From Longimicrobiales bacterium (lineage in GTDB: Bacteria; Gemmatimonadota; Gemmatimonadetes; Longimicrobiales; Gaopeijiaceae): DNA of 64,000 nucleotides. Of this stretch, positions 49,897 through 60,771 are shown piece by piece (the first letter of the stretch is position 1; every line of letters begins with the position of its first letter). Below the pieces are notes generated by a model that was given only the letters and a program-made list of their open reading frames with translations, did not search any database and was not told where the DNA came from. A program made the translations under genes and the position numbers. The stretch is taken from the NCBI GenBank assembly GCA_965248195.1, contig CBDFIQ010000001.1, positions 608,001-672,000 of the forward strand, written 5' to 3'.

Positions 49897-49952
49897 GGTT
49901 CCTCCCTTAGTGGTCGGCTCTGCTTGTCTTGCCGTGTCCGCCTACAGCACAC

Positions 49953-50867
49953 CTACCTGCGCCAGGTCCACTCGGTCGAGCCGTACTTTTCAGCGAGCTC
50001 CATGCTTTTGACCCGCTCGGCCTCCGGGAGTTCGCCCCGATGCCAGTCACCCCCTGTCACACCACTCAGACCCGCGATGACGGCATCTACAAGATGGGAC
50101 CAAGACGGCGCATGGCCCAGAACTTCCTCGAGGGAGATCGGAGCCTGGACACGCTCGTACTTCCGAGGCTCCATGGCGTTTCCGCCCGTCCGGGATAGCC
50201 GTTCTTCACCGGGAGGTGTCGAGACCAACCCAAGTAGCCGTTCCTGTCCCGGACCGATGAGGAGCGAGCCGTGCTGGAGAACCACTCCCTCGAGCCTCGC
50301 CTGGGCGCTTCCGACCAGCTTTTTTCCCGCCACGGTCACCTCGCCGGGGGCCGGCTCATCGAAACAGGGTCCAGCGTCCAGGTCCGCGACCGAGCCTCGT
50401 GCCTTGGCCAGCACTGCCGGAACTCCCAAGGAACGCAGGGCCTCCATCAGCCCACGGTTGATCAGCCCGTACGTCCCCCTGAGACCCCCCCGCGCCGGGA
50501 GCGGAAGGACCGCGGCATACGTGAGCTCCCGGTCGTGCAGAACGGCACGCCCGCCCGTCGGCCGGCGTACGAACTCGATGCCGGCGTCGCGACCGGCGGC
50601 CGGATCGTAGCGGTCGCGGGCGGGTTCGTTGCGGCCAAAAGAGACCGTGGGACGACTCCACCGGTAGATGCGAAGCACCGCATTGCCCGGACTCAAACAG
50701 GCAGCGAGTGCGTGATCCACGGCCATGTTCTTCGCACCGCAGGCGGGCGGGTCGACGAGCACCCTCCACTTGAGCGCCTCGTTATCGAGCGTACCCCGCC
50801 CTAGGGCGGCAGCGCCGCGGTCGGGTCGCCTGGAGCTTGGCGGCGCGAGGCCCGAGGCCACCGTCAA
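49953..50867 (-). CDS. Lipoate-protein ligase A / octanoyltransferase family (start uncertain)
   Basis: NMAVD, RRPTGGRAVLH, KKLVGSAQ, LQHGS; neighbours gcv genes. Confidence 0.88.
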   Translation of the reverse strand: MTVASGLAPPSSRRPDRGAAALGRGTLDNEALKWRVLVDPPACGAKNMAVDHALAACLSPGNAVLRIYRWSRPTVSFGRNEPARDRYDPAAGRDAGIEFVRRPTGGRAVLHDRELTYAAVLPLPARGGLRGTYGLINRGLMEALRSLGVPAVLAKARGSVADLDAGPCFDEPAPGEVTVAGKKLVGSAQARLEGVVLQHGSLLIGPGQERLLGLVSTPPGEERLSRTGGNAMEPRKYERVQAPISLEEVLGHAPSWSHLVDAVIAGLSGVTGGDWHRGELPEAERVKSMELAEKYGSTEWTWRR

Positions 50868-51553
50868 AGCTCGTACGATCCCTTTCCGGGCTCGACGATC
50901 TCGACTCGGGCGCGGTCGCCGACGAGGGAGGCAAAGGCGTCGACATCTTGCTCGATGTAGGGCCAGGTGTCGTAGTGGATCGGGATCACCACGGAGGGCT
51001 CGATGAACTCGATCGCGGTGACCGCATCCTCCGGTCCCATGGTGAAGTTGTCGCCCATCGGGAGCAGCGCCACATCGACCTTTCCCTTCAGGAGCTGCAT
51101 GTCCAAGGTGAGGGCGGTATCACCCGCGTGGTACAGGCGCTTCCCCGGACCAAGATCGAAGAGCAGCCCCGCGGGGTTGGTAGTGAAGCCCTCGGCACCT
51201 TCTCCGTAGACCCTGCCTCCGTGGATGGCGACGGTCATCTTCACGCGCCCAAACGGAAAGTCCCACCCGCCGCCGATGTGCATCGGGTGGGCGTTCTCCA
51301 CTCCCTGGCTCTGCACATACTCGACGAGCTCGAACGCCCCGACGAGCGTGGCGCTCGTGTTCTTGGCGATGGCGATCGCGTCCACGAAATGGTCGAAATG
51401 GCCATGCGTGCAGAAGATGAAATCGGCCTCGACCTCGGAGGGACTCACCTCCGTCCAGGGATTGTCCTCGAAGAACGGGTCGATGATCACTCGGGTCCCA
51501 TCGTCCGTCGTGAGGCCGAACGTCGAGTGACCGTAGTAGTCGAGCGTTGCCAT
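50864..51553 (-). CDS. UPF0173-type metal-dependent hydrolase (MBL fold)
   Basis: YGHS, IDPF, THGHFDH, YHAGDT, LPMGDNFTMG, IPIHY. Confidence 0.88.
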   Translation of the reverse strand: MATLDYYGHSTFGLTTDDGTRVIIDPFFEDNPWTEVSPSEVEADFIFCTHGHFDHFVDAIAIAKNTSATLVGAFELVEYVQSQGVENAHPMHIGGGWDFPFGRVKMTVAIHGGRVYGEGAEGFTTNPAGLLFDLGPGKRLYHAGDTALTLDMQLLKGKVDVALLPMGDNFTMGPEDAVTAIEFIEPSVVIPIHYDTWPYIEQDVDAFASLVGDRARVEIVEPGKGSYEL

Positions 51554-51657
51554 GTCGGACGTCTCCTCGTGCTCTTGGATGAACTTCAGCCGCTGGTGGC
51601 GGTCCTTCGCCGCTCGGGGCCGGCTCCTTTTTTCCGTGGAGCTTGGTGTCACAGCCC

Positions 51658-54561
51658 TCAGTCGGGTTCCTCAGCATAAGCTTCAACCGGGGGACACGCA
51701 CACACCAGGTTGCGGTCTCCATGGGCGTTATCCACCCTCCGGACCGGCGGCCAGAACTTGTGTTCTCGTGTCCAGGGAGCCGGGTATGCCGCCTGCTCGC
51801 GCGAGTAGCCATGCTCCCACTCCTCGGCCATGAGCACGGCGGCCGTATGAGGAGCATTCTTGAGCGCATTGTCGTCCGGGTCGGCCTCGCCCGACACGAT
51901 GGCCTCGATCTCGTCCCGAATCTTCAACAGAGCGTCACAGAACCGGTCCAACTCGTATTTGGATTCGCTCTCCGTGGGCTCCACCATGACGGTTCCCACC
52001 ACCGGGAAGGACATGGTCGGCGCATGGAATCCATAGTCCATCAACCGTTTGGCGACATCCTCATCCGTGATTCCGCTCGTCTTCCTCAGCGGACGAAGGT
52101 CCAGAATGAACTCGTGCGCCACGCGGCCGTTCTCTCCCCGATACAGGACGTCGAACCGTTCGCCGAGCCGGGTCGCCATGTAGTTGGCGTTGAGGATCGC
52201 CGTTTCCGTGGCTCTTCGGACACCGTCTTTTCCGAGAAGCGCGATGTACGCCCAGGAGATCAAGAGAATACTGCTACTCCCCCACGGGGCCGCAGACACG
52301 GCCCGGATAGCCTGCTCCCCGCTGGCGTCCCCGCCCGGATGCCCGGGAAGGAAAGGCGCCAACTCCGACGTGACACAGATCGGGCCCATCCCGGGCCCAC
52401 CCCCACCATGCGGGATCGCAAAAGTCTTGTGGAGATTGATGTGACAGACGTCGGCACCGTAATCACCCGGCCGGCACAGCCCCACCTGGGCATTCAGGTT
52501 CGCACCGTCCAGATAGACGCGTCCCCCGTGGCCGTGAACGATGTCGCAGATCTCCCGGATGCGTGGCTCGAACACCCCGTGGGTCGACGGATACGTGACC
52601 ATGAAGGCCGCAAGCTCGGAAGCATGCGCCTCGGCTTTTGCGGCGAGGTCGTCCACGTCGATGTTACCGGAATCGTCACAATCCACGACCACGACGCTCA
52701 TGCCAGCCATCACCGCGCTGGCCGGATTGGTTCCGTGCGCGGAGGACGGGATCAGGCAAACGGTCCGTTGAGACTCACCCTGGCTCTCGTGGAGCGCCCG
52801 GATCACCCGCAACCCGGCGTACTCACCCTGGGCCCCCGAGTTAGGCTGGAGGGACGTCGCCTCGAACCCGCTGATCTCCGCCAACCAGCCCTCCAGATCC
52901 GAGAAGATCCGGCGATATCCTTCGGTTTGGTCAGGCGGTGCAAACGGGTGGAGTCCTGCGAAAACCCTCCATGTCAGGGGTACCAACTCGGTGGTCGCGT
53001 TGAGCTTCATCGTACAGGATCCGAGAGGGATCATGCTCGTTTTGAGCGAAAGATCCCGACTCTCCAAGCGGTGCAGATACCGGAGCATCTCGGTCTCGGA
53101 GCCATACCGGTGGAAGACCGGGTGCTCGAGTATCGGGGACCTGCGTTTCAGAACCTCGGGGATGGCAGACGAAGCTTCCTCGGACACTTTTTCGCTGCGG
53201 AGCTTCGCCCCTCCTCCGCGCGGGCCGCCATGGCTGAACATCGCGAAGAGATCGTCGATGTCCTTCGGACCGGTCGTCTCGTCGAGCGCGATGCCGACCG
53301 TCCCGTCCCCGTAGTCACGAAGATTGATTTGCATTTCCAACGCCCGCCGCAGAAGGGTTTCTCCCGAGATCTCCGAAGGCACCACCTGGATGGTATCGAA
53401 GAAACGATCGTGGACGAGCGTATGACCGAGTTGGCGGAGGCCATGCGCCAGGGTCGCGGCCAAGTGATGGATCCTGTTCGCGATGCCCCGCAAACCGTCG
53501 GGCCCATGGTACACGGCATACATGCCCGCCATGATTGCCAAAAGCACCTGAGCCGTGCAAATGTTGGAGGTGGCCTTTTCCCTTCGGATGTGCTGCTCAC
53601 GAGTCTGGAGCGCCATCCGGAGCGCCGGATCTCCATCCGCGTCGACGGACACGCCGATGATCCGACCCGGCAGCTTGCGCTTGAACCCCTCCTTGGCGGC
53701 CAAATAGGCGGCGTGGGGGCCGCCATACCCCATGGGAACGCCGAATCGCTGGGTGTTCCCAACCGCAATATCGGCGCCGAACTCCCCAGGAGGCGTGAGG
53801 AGGGTCAGCGCCATCAAATCCGCGGCCACCACCACCCCCGCACCCCATTCATGAAACGTCGCACAGAACGGGCTGTAGTCGTGAAGCGCGCCGTCGCTCG
53901 CCGGATACTGGACCAGACCTCCGAACATCTCACCCCCGAAGGTCTTGAGATCAACGTTGTCGTGGACGCCGACCATGACCTCGATACCCAATGGCTCCGC
54001 CCTGCCGCGAACCACCTCGATCGTCTGCGGATGACACACCTCCGACACGAAGAATATCTTGCGCGCCTCATCCTTTGCTTCGGCGAAGAGCATGGTCATC
54101 GCTTCGGCGGCCGCCGTGGCCTCGTCCAGTAGCGAGGCGTTGGCGATCTCCATCCCCGTGAGGTCGATCACCATCGTCTGGAAGTTCAGGAGTGCCTCGA
54201 GTCGTCCCTGTGAGATCTCGGCCTGGTAGGGCGTGTACTGAGTATACCAGCCCGGATTTTCCAGGATGTTCCTCAGGATGACGCCGGGAACGATCGTATC
54301 GTGGTACCCCATCCCGATATACGACCGAAACACCCTATTCAGCGCGCCGATCTCATGGAGTTTGCCGAGCAGTTCGTGCTCGGAAGACGCATCTGGAAGG
54401 TCCAGGTCGGTCTTGAGCCGGATGGACTCGGGGATGGTCTGATCGACGAGCTCGCCGAGGCTGTCGACGCCCAAAGAAGCCAACATCTGCTCGACATCCT
54501 GGGGCCGCGGCCCAATGTGCCGGCGGGTGAACCGACTCCCCGACTCTATTTCAAGGGACAT
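51658..54561 (-). CDS. gcvP: Glycine dehydrogenase (decarboxylating), glycine cleavage P protein
   Basis: [49 protein letters not shown]. Confidence 0.98.
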   Translation of the reverse strand: MSLEIESGSRFTRRHIGPRPQDVEQMLASLGVDSLGELVDQTIPESIRLKTDLDLPDASSEHELLGKLHEIGALNRVFRSYIGMGYHDTIVPGVILRNILENPGWYTQYTPYQAEISQGRLEALLNFQTMVIDLTGMEIANASLLDEATAAAEAMTMLFAEAKDEARKIFFVSEVCHPQTIEVVRGRAEPLGIEVMVGVHDNVDLKTFGGEMFGGLVQYPASDGALHDYSPFCATFHEWGAGVVVAADLMALTLLTPPGEFGADIAVGNTQRFGVPMGYGGPHAAYLAAKEGFKRKLPGRIIGVSVDADGDPALRMALQTREQHIRREKATSNICTAQVLLAIMAGMYAVYHGPDGLRGIANRIHHLAATLAHGLRQLGHTLVHDRFFDTIQVVPSEISGETLLRRALEMQINLRDYGDGTVGIALDETTGPKDIDDLFAMFSHGGPRGGGAKLRSEKVSEEASSAIPEVLKRRSPILEHPVFHRYGSETEMLRYLHRLESRDLSLKTSMIPLGSCTMKLNATTELVPLTWRVFAGLHPFAPPDQTEGYRRIFSDLEGWLAEISGFEATSLQPNSGAQGEYAGLRVIRALHESQGESQRTVCLIPSSAHGTNPASAVMAGMSVVVVDCDDSGNIDVDDLAAKAEAHASELAAFMVTYPSTHGVFEPRIREICDIVHGHGGRVYLDGANLNAQVGLCRPGDYGADVCHINLHKTFAIPHGGGGPGMGPICVTSELAPFLPGHPGGDASGEQAIRAVSAAPWGSSSILLISWAYIALLGKDGVRRATETAILNANYMATRLGERFDVLYRGENGRVAHEFILDLRPLRKTSGITDEDVAKRLMDYGFHAPTMSFPVVGTVMVEPTESESKYELDRFCDALLKIRDEIEAIVSGEADPDDNALKNAPHTAAVLMAEEWEHGYSREQAAYPAPWTREHKFWPPVRRVDNAHGDRNLVCACPPVEAYAEEPD

Positions 54562-54571
54562 TCGTGATCGG

Positions 54572-54961
54572 CTACTCGCCCACCAAGGCCTGATAGGCCG
54601 CGGCGTCCATAAGCGCATCGACCGCGCCCCGATCACCGACGCGCAACCGAATCATCCAACCAGCACCGTAGGGATCGCTGTTTACGGACGACGGCTCATT
54701 CTCCAACGACTCGTTCACCGCAACGATCTCGCCGGCGACCGGACAGTACAGATCACTCACCGCCTTTACGGCCTCGATCGTCCCAAAGGTGGCGCTTTTC
54801 TCGAAGCTCTCCCCGACCGCGGGTAACTCGATGTAGACGACGTCCCCCAACTCCCCCTGGGCATAGTCCGTAATCCCAACCTGATATACGCCGCTCTCAT
54901 CGGTCGCCATCAAATACTCGTGCTCCTCGGTATATCGCAGTCCATCGGGAAACTTGGACAT
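54572..54961 (-). CDS. gcvH: Glycine cleavage system H protein
   Basis: [19 protein letters not shown] (lipoyl Lys), DPYGAGW. Confidence 0.97.
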   Translation of the reverse strand: MSKFPDGLRYTEEHEYLMATDESGVYQVGITDYAQGELGDVVYIELPAVGESFEKSATFGTIEAVKAVSDLYCPVAGEIVAVNESLENEPSSVNSDPYGAGWMIRLRVGDRGAVDALMDAAAYQALVGE

Positions 54962-55111
54962 CACTTCTCCAGGCTAAAGCGTCTTACGGGTGGCGTGAGG
55001 TGGTCACTAACGAGGCGGATTTTTCGTCTTTTCGCGTACAAAGTATTCGGATAACTTTGACAAGACTTTGCGACCATTTCACAACGATCTCGGCGCAAAA
55101 GTATAGAGGAC

Positions 55112-56287
55112 ATGGACACGTTCAAGAAGACCGAATCCGAGATCCGTCCCGCCCTGACATCCCTCTCCGACGAAGAGCAAATGTTTCGGGAGGCGGTACG
55201 GGATTTTTCGACCTCGGAGATCGCTCCGCTCGTATCTCAGATGGATCGATCACAGGAGCTGGAGGCTGGTCTGCTCCCCCAACTCTTCGAGCTGGGTCTC
55301 ATGGGGATCGAAATTCCGGAGGAGTTCGGTGGAGCCGGCTCCAACTTCTTCACATCGGTCCTGGTGGTGGAGGAGATGTCGCGGACCGATCCGGCCGTAG
55401 CCACCGTGGTCGACGTCCAGAACACGCTGGTCATCAACGCACTCAGTCGGTGGGGATCCGACGAGTTAAAGGCTCACTACTTCCCAAAGCTCGCTTCTGA
55501 GTGGGTGGGCGCCTATGCCCTCTCTGAGGCCGGAAGCGGCTCCGATGCTTTTTCGCTGAGTTGTCGAGCCACTCAAGATGGCGACGATTGGGTGCTGGAA
55601 GGGCAGAAACTCTGGATTACGAATGGAGCCGAGGCCTCCACGTTCGTTGTCTTCGCGACGGTGGATCCCGACGCGGGGTATACGGGCATCACCGCCTTCA
55701 TGGTGGATCGTGACAGCGACGGGCTCTCCGTGGGGAAGAAGGAGGACAAGCTCGGAATCCGGGCGTCCTCAACGACGGAGGTGATTCTCGACACGGTGAG
55801 AGTTCCTGGCGGTAGGGTGCTCGGCGAGGTCGGGGAGGGATACAAGGTGGCCATCGAGACCCTGAACGAGGGCCGAATCGGAATCGGTGCTCAAATGGTC
55901 GGCACCGCCCAAGGAGCTCTGGATCACACCTTGCGGTACGTACGGGAACGAGAGCAGTTCGGCCGCCCTATCGGTGAGAATCAGGGCGTACAGTTCCAGT
56001 TGGCGGACGCGGCGACGGAGCTGGAGGCCTCCAGACTTCTGGTCTACAACGCGGCCCGGCTCAAGGATGCCGGAGAGGACTTCCTGGTGCCGGCGGCCAT
56101 GGCCAAGCTACATTCCTCGCGGATGGCACAGAAGGTGACTTCTTTGTGTATCGATCTGTACGGTGGGTACGGATTCACCACGGAATACCCGGTAGAAAAA
56201 TTTTATCGCGATTCCAAGATCGGCACGATTTACGAGGGCACGACCAATATGCAACTCCAAACGATCGCCAGGGTGCTTCTAGGATGA
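55112..56287 (+). CDS. Acyl-CoA dehydrogenase (short/branched-chain type)
   Basis: ALSEAGSGSD, KLWITNG, KLGIRAS, REQFG, GGYGF, IYEGT. Confidence 0.94.
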   Translation: MDTFKKTESEIRPALTSLSDEEQMFREAVRDFSTSEIAPLVSQMDRSQELEAGLLPQLFELGLMGIEIPEEFGGAGSNFFTSVLVVEEMSRTDPAVATVVDVQNTLVINALSRWGSDELKAHYFPKLASEWVGAYALSEAGSGSDAFSLSCRATQDGDDWVLEGQKLWITNGAEASTFVVFATVDPDAGYTGITAFMVDRDSDGLSVGKKEDKLGIRASSTTEVILDTVRVPGGRVLGEVGEGYKVAIETLNEGRIGIGAQMVGTAQGALDHTLRYVREREQFGRPIGENQGVQFQLADAATELEASRLLVYNAARLKDAGEDFLVPAAMAKLHSSRMAQKVTSLCIDLYGGYGFTTEYPVEKFYRDSKIGTIYEGTTNMQLQTIARVLLG

Positions 56288-56478
56288 CTGGTCTCGGGAT
56301 TTGGGAAATCGGGCTGATCCTCCTGATCGTGATGTTTTTCTTCGGGGCGAAGAGGATTCCCGTGATCGGTCGCGGCCTCGGAGAAGGCATTCGGAACTTC
56401 AAGGGGGCACTCGGTCAAGGCGACGAGCCGCCCAGCGACCGCACCCTCGAGGACCCCCCGGGGAAAGACAGTCCTTAG
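56284..56478 (+). CDS. tatA: Twin-arginine translocase TatA/E subunit
   Basis: GIWEIGLILLIVMFFFGAKRIP..GRGLGEGIRNFK. Confidence 0.9.
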   Translation: MTGLGIWEIGLILLIVMFFFGAKRIPVIGRGLGEGIRNFKGALGQGDEPPSDRTLEDPPGKDSP

Positions 56479-56490
56479 AAGGCCCACCTG

Positions 56491-57270
56491 ATGGAGACGG
56501 CGGCCCTCGACAACGTCGTCATCGTGTTGGACGAGCCCAAGGACGTCGTCAATGTCGCCGGCGTCGTCCGTGTCATGATGAACATGGGTCTGTCCAGGTT
56601 GCGCCTTGTGAACCCGGACGACTTCGACACGTACCGCATCGGCGGGATCGCCCACCGAAGCGAAGATCTGACGCAAACGGCGGAGACGTACGACACCCTC
56701 CAGGACGCACTGTCCGACGTGGTACTCAGTGTCGGAACCAGCGCTCGCCCCCGAACCGCACGGCGCAATTATGGCAGGCCCAGGGAGGTCGCGCCCCAAA
56801 TCGTCGAGAGCACAGCCAGCGGCCTCGTCGCCCTGGTATTCGGTAGGGAAGACCGGGGGCTCACGAACGAGGGGCTCGACCTCTGTCAGACGGTGGCCAT
56901 CGTGCCGACGGCCGCCGAATATCCGAGTCTCAATCTGGCTCAAGCCTGCCTGGTTCTCTGCTACGAGATCTATCTCGTAGCGTCCGAGGAGGCTCCGCTC
57001 CCCACGGGCAAACGGGACCAAGGGCCCGCCACCCGCGGGGACCTCGAGGAAATGTACGCCGCCCTCGACCGGGGGTTGCACCGAATCGATTTTTTCAAAG
57101 GGGACCGGCACCCCGAAAGTGTCATGCGCCTTCTGCGTACGATTCTGTCACGGGCCGAACCGGACCTCCGGGAAGCACGTCTGGTGCGGGCGATGGGGTT
57201 CGAGATGGAGCGCTACTTTGACCGAGATGAGGCGGGAAGCGAACGCCCCACTTCGCCCCCCTCGATATGA
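56491..57270 (+). CDS. TrmJ/LasT-type SPOUT RNA methyltransferase
   Basis: NVAGVVRVMMNMG, VGTSAR, VFGREDRGLTN, SLNLAQA. Confidence 0.88.
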   Translation: METAALDNVVIVLDEPKDVVNVAGVVRVMMNMGLSRLRLVNPDDFDTYRIGGIAHRSEDLTQTAETYDTLQDALSDVVLSVGTSARPRTARRNYGRPREVAPQIVESTASGLVALVFGREDRGLTNEGLDLCQTVAIVPTAAEYPSLNLAQACLVLCYEIYLVASEEAPLPTGKRDQGPATRGDLEEMYAALDRGLHRIDFFKGDRHPESVMRLLRTILSRAEPDLREARLVRAMGFEMERYFDRDEAGSERPTSPPSI

Positions 57271-57453
57271 ACTTACCCGAGCCGACCGGTACCGCACCGC
57301 TCGCCGAGCGTTATCGCGCTTTGCTCGGCTTGGGTCGCACCTTCCTGGGCAGCTCGAACTCGCGGGACCTTTACCAAACGATCTACATCGAGACCGCCAA
57401 GGTGGTCGACCGTGCGGTGTCCCAGAAGTTCGCGAGCCACCTCCGGCAGGGTC
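57267..57453 (+). pseudogene. Truncated GAF-domain signalling protein remnant
   Basis: ATGA-coupled to the TrmJ-like gene; ERYRALLGLGRTF..DLYQTIY.ETAKVV resembles GAF N-terminal helices; ORF is only 84 codons and its last codons overlap the actF 3' end. Confidence 0.45.
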
Positions 57454-58749
57454 CTACGCGGAAGCGGCCATCTCCACCTCGAACGTCTCCGGATCCACCA
57501 TGGGCTGCCACACTTGGATGAGCGGAAAAGTGCAAAGGAACCATCGGACGGCGTACAAGAAGATCCCTAGAAACATGAGCGCCACGACCAGCTCCGTAGC
57601 GCCCAACGTCGGAGTGTCGGGGCTACGGATCGACGGCGCCACCATGAGGTGTTTCTCCAGCCACAATCCTGCGAGTAGCACGAGTGCGACGGACCGGAAG
57701 ACCATGGGAGTCATCTTCGCCTTCCGGCCGATCAGGCCCGCAAACGGAATCACGAAGCACATCACGATCAAGAGCGCCGACCACTTGCCCCAGGGCTCTT
57801 CAGCCCGGTGGATGATCCAAGCCTGCTCCCAAGGGAGTTTGCCGTACCAGATCACCAGATATTGGGAGAAGAACAGATAGGTCCAGAACACGCAGAAGGC
57901 GAAGGTGAGTTTGCCGAGATCATGGAGTTGCTGGCGGCCCATCGCCTTGTCCACGACCCCGCCCTCGCCCTTCAGAAAGATCACCGCAACTGCGGTAGCC
58001 GCGATGCCGCCCCAGAAGGCACCCATGAAGAACCAGGGGCCCATCATCGTGGAGAACCAGTGGGGTTCGAGCGACATCACCCAGTCGTACGAGAGCATGC
58101 TCATCACGAGCGCGTATACGATCACGAACGCAGGGGCCATACGCGTCATGCGTCGGTAGGAAACCACCTCCTCCACCTCCTGACCGAGCCATCCCTGGGT
58201 GAGGCGGTCGCGCCATACCTCTCGGCTGGCGTCGGAATCGGCGTGTCCCTCGGTCAAGCCCATATCCGGTCTGAGCGCCAGGTACGCGAAGTAGAGCGAC
58301 ATCCCGAAAAGGACGAGCACCCCGACCACGTTCCTGGTCAACAGGAACTCCATGTTGAGGTAGGCCGCCTTCCTCTGGAGGATCGGGTCCTGCGCCACCT
58401 CCGTGATCCAAGGAAAATAGGACTCGCCGAGCCCCAGCATCGGTAGGAACATCACGAACGAGATCGGAAGGAAGGCCACGAACGCCAGACTCACCCGACG
58501 TACCGACCAGTTCCACTTCGCCTTCGTGATCCACGTCACCACAGTGAGCAGTGTCGCTCCCATGGCGATGGTCGTGAAGAACAGCCAATTCGAGACGTAC
58601 GACTGCCACGCTCGATCGGCGTCGATGGTCAGGGAGAAGACGAAACCCGCTAGGCCCACCACGAACATCCCGACGAACACGCTGTCCGCCTTCTTGGATC
58701 GCACGAGATACCGAATGGGAATCTCGGAGGGGACGTGAATATGACTCAT
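57454..58749 (-). CDS. actF: Alternative complex III membrane subunit ActF
   Basis: KAAYLN, DWVMSLEPHWFSTM, HDLGKL, YLFFSQYLVIWYG.LP.E. Confidence 0.88.
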   Translation of the reverse strand: MSHIHVPSEIPIRYLVRSKKADSVFVGMFVVGLAGFVFSLTIDADRAWQSYVSNWLFFTTIAMGATLLTVVTWITKAKWNWSVRRVSLAFVAFLPISFVMFLPMLGLGESYFPWITEVAQDPILQRKAAYLNMEFLLTRNVVGVLVLFGMSLYFAYLALRPDMGLTEGHADSDASREVWRDRLTQGWLGQEVEEVVSYRRMTRMAPAFVIVYALVMSMLSYDWVMSLEPHWFSTMMGPWFFMGAFWGGIAATAVAVIFLKGEGGVVDKAMGRQQLHDLGKLTFAFCVFWTYLFFSQYLVIWYGKLPWEQAWIIHRAEEPWGKWSALLIVMCFVIPFAGLIGRKAKMTPMVFRSVALVLLAGLWLEKHLMVAPSIRSPDTPTLGATELVVALMFLGIFLYAVRWFLCTFPLIQVWQPMVDPETFEVEMAASA

Positions 58750-58753
58750 CGAG

Positions 58754-59383
58754 CTACTCTGCCCCCGCGCCCGCCGGCGCATTGCCGGCCTGGCGCTGCA
58801 ACACGCGGACATAGTTCACGATGTTCCAGCGGTCGAAGTGGCTGATTTGGTGCGCGAACGGAGGCATGAGGCCTCGGCCCACGCGCATGATTCCGTAGAT
58901 ATAGCCGTCGCTGAATCCGGCTACGACCGGACCGGAAAGGTCGTACGCTATCAGCAGCGGATACTTTTCGATGATGTTGGCCTGAGCACCCACGCCCGCA
59001 GGCCCATGACAGACCGCGCAAATCCGGTTGAAGAGAACCTCGCCGCGTTCGAGCGACGCCGGATCGGACGGGACTGGGTTGGGGAGGTTCTGCACCAGAG
59101 GTTCCAACAGGTCGGTTTGCGCAAACAGGGCCGGCATGAGACCCGGCTCTGGCTGCCCCGTGTTCAGGCGGCCCGGTCCCGGAGTGTTGTTACCGGAGGC
59201 GAAGGGCACGCTATTTTCGGGCGGCGCGATCGTATTCTCGTACGGATCGAACGACCTCGAATCACGCATGTGACGGCCGAACCAATACGCGGCCACGTCG
59301 TCGAGGGGCGTACACGCCCCCGATGTGAGGAGTAATGCGCCGACCCACGCCATGCGAGTGTTACGAGCCACCGTGCTACTCAT
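58754..59383 (-). CDS. actE: Alternative complex III monoheme cytochrome c lipoprotein ActE
   Basis: Lipobox SGAC, CAVCH, GRGLMP, RWNIVNYVR. Confidence 0.85.
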   Translation of the reverse strand: MSSTVARNTRMAWVGALLLTSGACTPLDDVAAYWFGRHMRDSRSFDPYENTIAPPENSVPFASGNNTPGPGRLNTGQPEPGLMPALFAQTDLLEPLVQNLPNPVPSDPASLERGEVLFNRICAVCHGPAGVGAQANIIEKYPLLIAYDLSGPVVAGFSDGYIYGIMRVGRGLMPPFAHQISHFDRWNIVNYVRVLQRQAGNAPAGAGAE

Positions 59384-60771
59384 CGGTCCCCCCCTTGCCC
59401 ACCCGCGCCCGCCATGGCCCTGGGTCGCATCGGCGTCGGCAGCACTTCCTTGAGCTCGGCGATGGCCACCGGAGGAAGCAGCCGCGTGAAGAGCAGGAAC
59501 CAGAACCCGAACCAGGCGAAGCTCCCCAACACAATGCCCATCTCTACGACGGATGGCCGATAGAGTCCCCAGGCGAACGGCTCGTACTCGTGATGCAGCG
59601 AAGTGACGATGATCACGTACCGCTCGAACCACATGCCGATGTTGACGAAAATCGAGATCACGAACAGCGCGGGAATAGAGTACCGAACTCTCTTGAACCA
59701 GAGCATGACGGGAACCATGCCGTTGCAGACGAGCATGGTCCAACTGGCCCACCAGTAGGGGCCGAAGAGGCGCGCCCAGAAGGCGGCTCGCTCCACCTCT
59801 TCACCGCTGTACCACGCCATGAAGAATTCTGAGAGGTAGGCGTAAAAGACGATCAGCGACGTCAGCAGGCACAGCTTCGCCATGGCGTCGTAGTGCTTGT
59901 TCGTGAGGTACGCCTCGAGCCTAAAAGCCTTCCGGAGCGGCACCGTCAGCGTGATCACCATCGCGATGCCCGAGAAGATGGCCCCGGCTACGAAGTAGGG
60001 GGCGAAAATGGTGGCGTGCCAGCCGGGCACGATGGCCACAGCGAAGTCCCAGGACACCACCGAGTGGACCGACAGGACCAGAGGCGTGGCCAACGCAGCC
60101 ATGAAGATGTACGCCTTCCCGAAGTGGTGCCACTCGCGGTCCGTGCCGCGCCAACCCAGCGAGATGACCTTGTACAGCTTTTTCCGCAGGCCCGTCGCCG
60201 CGTCCCGCGCGGCCGCTAAATCCGGAACCGTGCCAAGGTAAAAGAAGACCGCCGAGACCGTGAAATACGTAGTCACCGCAAAGACGTCCCACACCAAGGG
60301 CGAGCGAAAGTTGGGCCACAGGAAGCGGCTGTTCGGATACGGAATCAGCCAATACCCATGCCAGACGCGTCCCATGTGGATGAGCGGGAACAACCCCGCG
60401 GTCATGACCGCGAACACCGTCATCGCCTCGGCCGCACGGTAGATGGACTGGCGCCACGGTGCGCGGAACAGAAAGAGGATCGCAGAGATCAGCGTTCCCG
60501 AGTGTGCGATACCGACCCAGAAAACGAAGCTCGTGATATAGGCGCCCCAGCCCACGGGACTCGTGAGCCCGGAGACGCCGATGCCCTTCCACATCTGAAA
60601 GATCCACGCGCTCAACCCGAGCCCCATCCCGGCGAGGGCCAGCGCTAGGAGCGCCCACCAGCCCCGGCCAGGAGGGCCAAGGGCCTTCAATACGTCGCGG
60701 TTGACCTCTTCGAGCCAATGGACATCCGGGTGCGGGACCGCCCCGCGCTGCACTTCGGTCGCGGTGCTCAT
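59380..60771 (-). CDS. actC: Alternative complex III NrfD-type quinol-binding subunit ActC
   Basis: FVFWVGIAHSGTLISA, RAAEAMT, HMGR, SPLVWD, SVHSVVSWDFA, GMWFER. Confidence 0.93.
   Translation of the reverse strand: MSTATEVQRGAVPHPDVHWLEEVNRDVLKALGPPGRGWWALLALALAGMGLGLSAWIFQMWKGIGVSGLTSPVGWGAYITSFVFWVGIAHSGTLISAILFLFRAPWRQSIYRAAEAMTVFAVMTAGLFPLIHMGRVWHGYWLIPYPNSRFLWPNFRSPLVWDVFAVTTYFTVSAVFFYLGTVPDLAAARDAATGLRKKLYKVISLGWRGTDREWHHFGKAYIFMAALATPLVLSVHSVVSWDFAVAIVPGWHATIFAPYFVAGAIFSGIAMVITLTVPLRKAFRLEAYLTNKHYDAMAKLCLLTSLIVFYAYLSEFFMAWYSGEEVERAAFWARLFGPYWWASWTMLVCNGMVPVMLWFKRVRYSIPALFVISIFVNIGMWFERYVIIVTSLHHEYEPFAWGLYRPSVVEMGIVLGSFAWFGFWFLLFTRLLPPVAIAELKEVLPTPMRPRAMAGAGGQGGDR

Noticed and set aside
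51643..54132. 829-aa plus-strand ORF, and other long antisense ORFs such as 23998-25350
   Set aside because: Antisense shadows of real high-GC genes, with no motifs beyond the short Asp-box fragment already listed
51658..54961. Absence of gcvT next to gcvH/gcvP
   Set aside because: Split gcv loci are common; gcvT is probably elsewhere in the genome
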